Origin: Octopus vulgaris
Taxonomy: Eukaryota
NCBI GenBank assembly: GCA_951406725.2
Contig: OX597832.1
Location: 69,006,001-69,070,000, forward strand
Length of the DNA: 64,000 bases
Direction: 5' to 3'
The notes under the pieces are model-generated. The model had not been told where the DNA came from, did no database searches, and was given only the letters and a program-made list of their open reading frames with translations. A program made the position numbers and the translations under genes. Of this stretch, positions 53,861 through 64,000 are shown in pieces. Position 1 is the stretch's first letter. Each line of letters begins with the position of its first letter.

Positions 53861-54768
53861 GCCCTCATCAATCATCATCCTATTTACGTCTTCTCTTCAC
53901 TTCCAGTATGGGTCACAGGAAATTTGCTGAGATGGATTTTCTACAGCTGGATACTTTACCTGCTTCACTGCCACTGCCATCGCCACCGCCACCACCACCA
54001 CCATAACAGCTTCTAAATTAGGTGATATTTCTTCATAACCAGAAATACTTTCACAGAAGATTGAATCTGAAGAACACCACTTGTATGACAGAGACACTTC
54101 TTTACAGCTACCATATAATAACAAGGCATGGAAAAAGAAATGCTGACACACATAGATGACATGCTTCTTTCAGTTTCCATCTACAAAATCTACTCACACA
54201 GCTTCAGGTGGCCAAGTACTGTGCCAGAAGACACTTGCCCCAAAATGCCACACATCAGGATGGAAGCTGAAACCATGCCCCACAACCTTGCCTGGCCTTA
54301 TCCACACCTGTACTTATGTTCATGTGTATGTATGTATATATTTACCATATCACAGTCTCGTGAAAACCAGGGCAAAAAGTAGTTCCAGACAAACTAAACT
54401 CAAAGACAAAAACAATATAAACACTACAACTTCTACTACAACCTTCACTACAACGACTACAGTGTTGTTTATATGTCTGCTTTTACACTGGAGTGACATG
54501 CAATTTATACTACTTAGGTGCAACAGTGTAGACTTAGCAAAATTTATAGCCATGATAACAAAGCACAAGAAAATACATTGGATGCATAGCAGTGTCAAAG
54601 GAAAAATTGAAACAGACAAAATTTGTTGACGTATAGCTAAGCCAATATTATCACCTTTTTTACATTCTAATTCCAGAAATGTTGATACAATATCTACAAC
54701 ATTCCTAACATTAATTTCTAAAATGTTTTATATCTCTGTCCCCTAAAAAACATACGTTTATCACTTTT

Positions 54769-54839
<71 letters not shown>

Positions 54840-55042
54840 TGAAATACAAACAAAAATCTCATTGAAACAAAAGGTCATTTGCTTGTTTCACTTTCTCAAT
54901 TTTTCCATCAATCTCTTCCCAACACTTCTACCCAATCAGATACAATCAATATTTTGCACCACAATGATTCAGTACAAAGCAATATAGCTCCCCTCTCTCA
55001 CTGTATACACACTCAGTCACATAAGTACATACATACCATATG

Positions 55043-55106
<64 letters not shown>

Positions 55107-55801
55107 AAATGTGTTCTGTTCTTTGTTTTACAACTTGAACTCTGCTCAATATGCTATTTCCGTGCTGTGATCTGCAGTGTTATGCTATTCTATGCTCAGC
55201 TTAACAGTTTTGCTTTTTGCTTTGTGTTCCAAATGGTTAAACAAGTCTTTTAGATATATGTTAGTCTACATTAAAACTGATTTTTAATTCATGTTTAAAT
55301 TCATAATGTATGATTCAATATTCTATCTCTGCTTCCTCACTTTTCTAATGTTTTTTTTTCTTGTTTATTGTTTCCATTTTTTTATATTTTAATTTTCTAT
55401 GTATGAATTGAAGAGGAAGAAGAAAGTAAAACGACAACAACACCAACAACCAAATAACTACTACACTTAATGCTAACTTACAATAGCATCAAAAGATGGT
55501 TTTATTTAATATCAGTTTAGATTTAATAAAATCTATCAGTGATACAGATCTTTGCTGAATATAAATTTTTTTTTTAAAAAGCCATGAACTTCAATAATTG
55601 CTTTATATATTTAGCCCATGTGTGCCATAGACATTTTTTGTTTATTCTTTTAATAATTGTTTTGTATTTTGTTTTTCTTCTCATTTTCATGTTAATTAAA
55701 TACACTTTTAAATATTCGTCATTACCTTTTGTCTTTCCTTTTTTACCTAAATATGTTTTACATAAATATATTATTTCTTTATATACATGCATATATATGT
55801 G

Positions 55802-55834
<33 letters not shown>

Positions 55835-55858
55835 TTACACACACATATATATACACAC

Positions 55859-55911
<53 letters not shown>

Positions 55912-56568
55912 TATATAGGTATATATATATATACATATATATATATATAGATATTCATATTTATGTATGCATATATATATACATACATATATATACCTGT
56001 ATATATATGTATATACATATATATATATATATACATATACATACATATATATATGTAGATATAAATATATACATAAATATACATATAGATACATACATGC
56101 ACACACACATATACACACATACCATGCAAATGCATATATACAAGCATACAAATATACATAGACATATATGTACATATGTACACATGCATGTATGCACACA
56201 CATTTTATATTCATATATTCAACACAGAATCCCATGCCTGTAAGCGAATGTAAAATAAACAGAAGCATTTTCAAAAATATTTGTTAATTCTTAGTTAATG
56301 TATGTAATGATATGGCATCTCCTTCCATTCATCTTCAACATCATTGCTTTGTTTTTATATGGTGGAATGTGTGGGTGGTGGAAGTCTACAAATATGTATT
56401 ATGATCAAAACATCATCATCAACATTCTCATCACCATCAGCACTACCATCATCATCATTGTCATTATTACCATCACCATTATCTCATCACCATCTTTGTC
56501 ATTTTTGTCATCCTCATCATCACAATGAACAACAGCACTGACATAATCATTAAATTCTTCATGCTGTT

Positions 56569-56602
<34 letters not shown>

Positions 56603-58711
56603 CTCAAACCCTGTGACTTGTGGTTATTGAGTACAATTCCTACCCAAAGCCCTCACCATATCTACATAGAAAGCTGGGCTGAGCCACACAGACATTCCAT
56701 TACAATAATCAACATATGTGTCAAAGTATTTCAATGATTGCCTGCAAATCATTCTTAAAGACCTCCAAATAATCATCATCATTTTTTGTCATAAATATCA
56801 TCATCGTTCTTATCGTTTTAATATTTACTTTCCAATGCCTGCAGGATCAGGTGGAATTTGTTAAGGAGCATTTCTATGGCTAGATGACCTTCCTGTCACT
56901 AACCCTCATCTCTTTTCAAATAAATTAATGTTTCATTGGCCTGACATATTTTCAAGGAATGACACTGTTTGTGAGATGGTGACACTTGCTTACAACTACT
57001 TGATGTCAACACAAGGAAATACACACCCTTGTGATACGTTTCTCACTGTTCCATCAACCAAATCCACTGAGAAGGTTCTAGTCGGCTTGGATCATAGCAG
57101 AAGACTATGATGCCATGCAGTGTGACTTCATGGGATATTCTTGCTGCATACTCCAATCCAAATATCCAAATTCTCTAACTTGTTGCTTCACAACTAGGAC
57201 AAGCACATTCTAGTGATCACCTGTCACCTCTTACCCTACACACACACCCATACACACACACACACACACACACATCTACATCCTAAACTATTGTTACTCT
57301 TAGATTCAAGGGAGGATACAATTAATGTCTATCTGATTTCTTGAATTATTTGCATTGTCTTGACACTAAAGTTTACATTACAAAACTCAACATATTCTCA
57401 ATTCTCAGCAGATCCTCCTCATCTCACACTATTTCTGGCTGATCCCACCCAATATTGCAAGCAGATCTATAATTAATAGTTGGTTTTGCTGAGCCCCCAA
57501 TCAACAATAATTAAACTGAATTACGATGTTGAGACTCACTTCAACAATCATCAAATAAACACATAATTTGCAGACACAGATCAGTGAGACACCATTGTAT
57601 ATAGTGTTGCCTTTTGCATTTTGGTTGATCCAGTTCTTTACCTTTTACATAAACTGCAGACCTGTGTTGTAACAATGATCTAACAGGTATATGTTGAGCC
57701 ACAGATTAGCAATCATTAGATAGACTTATGATGTTCCAGCAATAATAATACAAACCTTCTGATACCAAGCCCAAGATCAGTGATGATCAAATGGATTTAG
57801 GATTTTGAATCCCAAATCAGCAATGATTGAATAAACTTGTGATTTGGAGATGCAGATCAATGATAATCGAATAAATTTGAGATGTTCCAATGGTGATCAA
57901 AAAGACATCACAAACTACTTTATCCAAACGAATTCTTCTGTTAATATCACATGGGAAAAATTGTTACAGGAGATATGAATTATTTTGACTACTATTTTTA
58001 ACAGGTTCAGATAACAGGTTCACAAACAGATATTTGTGTCATTCATCCATTCCATATTCTTTTAAGGCATGGGATACCTAGGACTACAGTATTTGAAGTC
58101 CTGTATTTTAATAGAATTGCACTTAGAGTCTCTGTTTCCTTTAGGCTGGTTAGATTCTTTAACATTTTCATCATCCTTAATTTTTATTTAGTCAAAATTA
58201 AAATCAAGCCAGAAGATTATTAAAAGGTAGAATTCAAAACCTTCACAAACTTTAGTTCTTAGAATTAGTATCCTTACTCTATGGTCAGTCATCATCCTTC
58301 CTTCTCAGAAGAAATTAGTGTATCAAACACTGACATCTCTCTGATTGAGTTTTCTCAATGAACATTCAAGTCTTGAACCTTACAAGAGCCACATGTCAAA
58401 CAGACAAGTCAATGTGAACTGTGAGCATCTCACAAGAGTTAAGGTCTCACAACACTTAATTCTCCAATACTCTGCTTCATTTAACTGACAGATGATATGT
58501 GAAGGTTACTTCAGGTAGAGATTCTATCCACTTAATGTCACATAATCAATGATAAGTTACCCACCTTGAAATTTCCTGCAGTCTTGCTAGGAAAATACGG
58601 TTTTTCAACAATTTGAATGTAGAAGATGTTTTCATTAAAATTATTCTTTTGTCTTTTCCAGCCTGTTTCATCTCATTTTGGAAGAGGAAAAATGTATTTC
58701 AAATATTTAAA

Positions 58712-59085
58712 GCATGGCTGTGCGCATAAGAAGCTTGCTTTGCAAGCATATGGCTTTGGGTTCCGTCCCACAACAAAGCAGTTTGAGTATCTTCTTCTTG
58801 AGCCCAAGGTTGATTAATGCCATACAAAGGAATTTGGTAAATGGAAACTGTGTGGAAGTCTGTCTTATATGCCCGTTTGTATATGTCTGTGTTTATATTT
58901 GCCTCATCTCTGCATGACAACTAGTGTTGGTTTGTTTATGTCCCCATAATTTAGTGGTTTGGGAAAAGAGACTGACTGAATAAGTATCAGATTTGAAAAT
59001 AAGTACAAGGGTTGATTTCTACTAAATCCTTCAAGGCATGCCCCAGCCTGGCCACAGACTAACAACTGAAAGAAGTAAAAAAATA
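58712..59085 (+). mobile_element. SINE family B, diverged
   Basis: Collinear with 49508-49860 plus a tRNA-like head. Confidence 0.7.
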
Positions 59086-59897
59086 AAAGGCATGTTCTAC
59101 ATTTCAATTGTTTTAATCTGCTGCTGTGCATCTGTTTGCGTCATTGTCTTGGAGATAAAGAACAATCTATTACTCTAACTTGATGTTTTATCCTTGATTC
59201 TACATTTATTAAATTGTATTCTTTTCCTTTTCTAACTTCGAATGCAGTCTTATACTAATAATATATTTAGAAAAATGAAATCTAATGAAGATAAAAGACT
59301 AACTCTATCTAAACATGGTATAACTAAGACTACACTGTTTAATGTCCATGAAGATAAATGTTAAAATAAAGAGGTTTCATATCTCTAAAGAGGAGCTTAA
59401 GAGTACAAATACCACAATTTCTTAGAATCGAGCAAATTACTTTTTATTATTTAGATTTAATTTTACTTATTTTAATTTAAAATTTAAATCGAATAAATTG
59501 ATTATCTACCATCAACAGTATTTTGGTATTGAAATAGTTTCTAGTGAATAGAAGGGCTTGAGAGTTTTGTTAATCATTTTTAACTCAGCAAAAATAAGGA
59601 TTATTTATTGGAAAAGCAGAAATTAGAATGGTAAATAGTAAGATATTCATGACAGTGTTTGGCCTGCTAAAAATAATAGCAAAATCATACTTATATTACC
59701 ATTTTATATATAAAAAAAGTGATATTTTACATGCAAGCATAATTAAGCAGGGAAGAAGTCTGTGGAGACATATTTTTGTAGAAAAAGGAAATAGTAGTCC
59801 TTTGGCTGCTATTTCTAAAATTTTCGGTATGTAGCCATGCAACTTGTTGCAAACCCTTATTGTTATAATAATACATATATATATATATATATATATT

Positions 59898-59958
59898 GGT
59901 GCTATTAAGTTAGACATGGCCTGGGCCAATAATGGCCGAAACCTATCAAAGTATCAAA

Positions 59959-59961
<3 letters not shown>
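59898..59961 (+). mobile_element. Solo 3' terminus of a CR1-like LINE
   Basis: ggtgctattaagttagacatg matches 1681-1701, then a GGCC-aataat-GGCC stem-loop and (TATCAAAG)2 tail, inserted in (TA)n. Confidence 0.65.
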
Positions 59962-60006
<45 letters not shown>

Positions 60007-60107
60007 GCATATATCTATATGCATACATATATATGCATGACTGCATGTGTACTGTTGACGATTTTTTTTCCTCCATCTTCTCTTCTTTGGATCTTTCCTT
60101 TTCCTAT

Positions 60108-60142
60108 GTTTCTGATGAAGAGCTCCGCTCGAAACGTTAAAC
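60108..60142 (+). ncRNA. Minimal type I hammerhead ribozyme-like motif, core intact
   Basis: gttt-CTGATGA-a-GAGC-tcc-GCTC-GAAA-CG-TT-aaac. Stem I 4 bp, stem II 4 bp, loopless palindromic stem III (ACGT). Confidence 0.7.
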
Positions 60143-60240
60143 CCGCCTTCTTTCCTTCTTTCCTGAGCGTCCAATAATATTATACTTGTTCCACATCCTC
60201 GCGTTGTGTTTTCTCTTTGTGTTTTCATGTTTGAATTAAC

Positions 60241-60330
<90 letters not shown>

Positions 60331-60350
60331 GGTATATATATATGCATATA

Positions 60351-60383
<33 letters not shown>

Positions 60384-60396
60384 GCCTATATCAATA

Positions 60397-61101
60397 TCTA
60401 TAAATCTGAAATGCAAAAGGTTTGTTTGTCTGGTTTTGGCATTGGAACGTGTTAAAGGCCACTAGATCCCGTCAGATTGACTCCAAAATTTACAGTGACA
60501 TGTAAAATGAGGTGAGGATGAGAGTGGGCTAGGTTAGAAATCCCTATCTTAAAAGGTGTGGTTACTAAGGCAAAAAACGCACACTTTGACAAATCTCCTC
60601 TCATTCTGTATCTGTCTTCCTCCGTTTCTTTCCCTTTCCTCCCTTTCCTTCACGTTCTCTCAATAATGTCGTTTCAGAGCGTCCTATATCTTTCCCCGCC
60701 GCCTTCGACAGCACTTTCACACACTCTCTCTCTCTCTCTCTACGTCTATCTGCATTCACAGAGAGAATTATCATTGCCACAACCACAACACAATCATGAG
60801 AACAAATATTATGAATCAGATATTTATTGGGTTAATTTATATATATGTGTGTGTGTTCTATATATAAATATGTATATATAATGTATATATACAAAGTGTA
60901 TATATCTGTATTTATATATATATGATTTGTATACATTTATATATATAGTCCGAGAGAAAGGAAAAGTAAGAGAGTGGGAAAGTGAGAGAGAAAGGAGAGA
61001 GAAACAAAGAGGGAGAATGTGGTGATAAAAAATAGAAAGGAAGCAGCAGAAAGTAACAACCACACTCTTACCCGCGCGTAGAGCGGGTCACCTTAAGCTA
61101 G
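60397..61101 (+). mobile_element. Non-autonomous Helitron
   Basis: A|TCTATAAATCTG ... ACCCGC-gcgtaga-GCGGGT hairpin (61070-61088), then caccttaagCTAG|T. Confidence 0.8.
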
Positions 61102-61739
61102 TCTATATGCATATATCTATATGCATACATGTATATGCATATATATATATTGCTATTATATGATGGAACGCCACGCATCCTCTTCCAAGTAAGTTTTATC
61201 TTAATAATTATGATGAGCACTCTTAACCTTACTGTTTTTGTTTTTCTAACCTTACTGGCCCCCTCTCGCTCATTCTTCATTCTTTCTGGTTTTCTCTACT
61301 ATTCTCTCCCTTTCACCGTTCCCTTTCTCTTACTACTCCTCCTCCTCCATCTTGTCACTGACATGTGACCAGAGTCCTACTGTCTTTCTGACCACAGTCT
61401 TCAACAAGTATAGATGGCATCCTATCCCTTTCTTATGCCGTTGTTCTCACGCGTTCAAAATAATTTTTGTTTCGTTCGGCTTAACAGCCCTTAACGTTCG
61501 TATTAATGTTATTCTACTTGTCCTGTCGTTTACTGTTTTTAGTTTTATTTGTATTTTTACTGCCTTGTATTGTTTTTACTGTCCTGTTTTTGTTACCACT
61601 TTTACCCCTCTGCAAAAAATCTCAAATTTTATTTAATTTGCTTTGCAGGAAGGACCGTTTCACCGAAGTCATGTCTCGCTTTTACCTTCAAAACACAGAG
61701 GAGATGAAAACGGAGGCGGCTGAAGAAGGGGAATTTTCC

Positions 61740-61812
61740 TTGTACCCTGTTTTTGTACCCTGTCTTGTACCCTGTTTTGTACCCTGTCTTGTACCCTGAC
61801 TTGCACCCTGTT
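61740..61812. repeat. 12 bp tandem repeat TTGTACCCTGTY, six copies
   Basis: Read directly from the sequence. Confidence 0.9.
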
Positions 61813-62118
61813 TTTTCGTTGTTTAAAAAAATGTCCATTTTCATGGTTCTCTTTTTATGCTTTCGTTTCTTATTGTGTTTGACGTTATTTTTGGTGTCCT
61901 GTACCTATATATATGCATGTATATATAATACTATACACTTTGGTTGTAATGAATGTATAATATTGTACACTTCAGGTAATATATATATACATATATGTGT
62001 AAAATAATATATGACAATTATTCAGTGGTCACATAGATAGAAAGACAGACAGACAGATAGATAAATAGATAGATAGAATGATAAAGATAGGTAGATTGAT
62101 AGATATACTGTATGTATG

Positions 62119-62170
<52 letters not shown>

Positions 62171-62429
62171 TATATATGTGGTTTGTGGTTAAGAAATTTT
62201 CTTTGCAATCACATAGCTTTGGGTTCAGTCTCACTGCTCTCACCACCAAGGTATTTTACTAACACCCTGGGATGACCAGTGCCTTCTCAGTGAAATTGGT
62301 AGATGAAAACTGTGTGGAAGCTTGTCATGTGTGTTTGTCCCTGTATTCACCATTGCCTTCCCTGTTCTGATACTGATGGAACCAGCAAAGAAAGGACCCC
62401 ATCCAATGAGAGAGAGAGAGAGCACCAAA

Positions 62430-62609
62430 CTGGCCCTCATGCCGGTGGCACATAAAAGCACCCACTACACTCTCGGAGTGGTTGGCATTAGGAAGGGCAT
62501 CCAGCTGTAGAAACTCTGCCAGATAAGATTGGAGTCTGGTTCGCCAGACCTCAGTCAAATCGTCCAACCCATGCTAGCATGGAAAGCGGACGTTAAATGA
62601 TGATGATGA
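62430..62609 (+). mobile_element. SINE family D 3' half with (GAT)n tail
   Basis: aaaagcacccactacactctcggagtggttggcattaggaagggcatccagctgtag..catgctagcatggaaagcggacgttaaatgatgatgat. Confidence 0.8.
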
Positions 62610-63451
62610 GGGGGAGGATGATGAAGGTTTAAATGCGAGCTATTAGAAGTTCCATGCCTTTTGTAATACAGTAGATGCATGAGATTGTATGGCATGATGC
62701 ATACAATCCTGAAATCATTCTGGCACAAACAATTTTGTGTGTGAGTGTGTGTATAAATATAAGCGCACATACATACATAGATACATACATATATGTATGC
62801 ATGTACAAGCACACACATACACATATGCATATATTTAAGGACTAGGCTGAAAGGGGGTAAGAGAAAGATTGGGAGGTAGAAATTGAAAGAGGGGAGATAT
62901 AAAGATAGAGAACAGAGATATGGGGCAATGCAGGGGAATGGAGAGGAATGGAGAACAAAGAAACAAAGAGAGTGAGAGAGAGAAAGTGAGAGAAGGGAAA
63001 GAAATAAAAAGAAGAGAAAAGATGTGAGTGGGAAGGGTGTTGGGTGGAGGGGAGTGGCTGCAAACTGAAATATTCGTTTCTATTTTTTTCCATAATGTTT
63101 TCATTATTGACACTAAAGTTAGCAATAATTAGACTTATCTTTGGTCTCCTGATGAAAAGAGGAAGCTAATGAGATTTCAATTATTGTAGTGAAACTGACA
63201 TTAATTAAGCAAATGGCTTGTTCATAAAATTCCTCTACTTAATTTAGCGACTAAAATAACATGCACAAATTAGATAATAAAGAATTAGCTTAAATCCTAT
63301 AAACACATTAACTCAGTGCTTATCAGTTTAATGTTATTATCATAATAATAATAATAATTCATATCATTACTTACCATTATTATTAATATGATTATTAAAT
63401 ACACATACATACACACACATTTGCATAATATATACGTAAGTATATATGAAC

Positions 63452-63495
<44 letters not shown>

Positions 63496-64000
63496 AGAGC
63501 CACACACACATAATATACATATAAAAACACATATGTACACATACACCTATACACACATATATACATGTACACACACAAATACATATGTATATAGACACAT
63601 ATACACATATACATATAGACTACATATATATATTACACATCAGAGAGAATGCATATATGTATACACACACACACACATACATGCATGCACACATATATAG
63701 TGCCATGCAGGAAGATGAATTTTAAACGTAGACATTAATTAAGAAATGAGTGACGAATGAAAGGAAGTTATAAATCAATAGAGATAGATACATTAAAATC
63801 AATTATATAGTGTAATTAACAACCTCCATGTAGTGTAAATGTTGTATTTATTGTGTCAGAGTCATGAAAAGAGCAAAGAGAGATGGTGATTGCAAAGTGT
63901 TAAATGAAAAACATTGCATTCTGACTGAACAGACTTAAATGAGAGAAATCAACAATAATTACCAAACTTATCGAAACTGAAAGAGCTTTATTGAGATAAT

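Noticed and set aside
50705-56274. Numerous YI/IY/HT-rich ORFs
   Set aside because: Translations of (TA)n, (CA)n and (TACA)n tracts. The same applies at 13, 3209, 12871, 43480, 47402 and 63446.
57460-57900. CRISPR-like periodicity
   Set aside because: No constant repeat with unique spacers, no cas genes, and a eukaryotic context.

Overview
AT-rich, repeat-saturated eukaryotic DNA. The microsatellite load, tRNA-derived SINE families and R4/Dong, RTE, CR1 and Tx1 LINEs suggest an octopus or other coleoid genome; this is an inference, not a lookup. No complete host gene is visible. One well-formed coiled-coil exon lies on the minus strand (21881-21984) with a weaker candidate terminal exon (8447-8611), so much of the window may be intron. 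Almost all supplied ORFs are microsatellite artefacts or decayed LINE fragments. Also present: two non-autonomous Helitrons, a piggyBac-type MITE, a Penelope-like (PLE) ORF end and several long inverted repeats. The strongest signal is a dispersed set of eight minimal hammerhead-ribozyme-like motifs (4062, 17086, 17673, 33982, 44649, 52236, 53213, 60108). Six carry one extra purine after the CUGANGA box, several sit in inverted-repeat structures, and one lies downstream of a tRNA-like Pol III head. Coordinates were read by eye, repeat boundaries are approximate, and nothing was searched or folded computationally.
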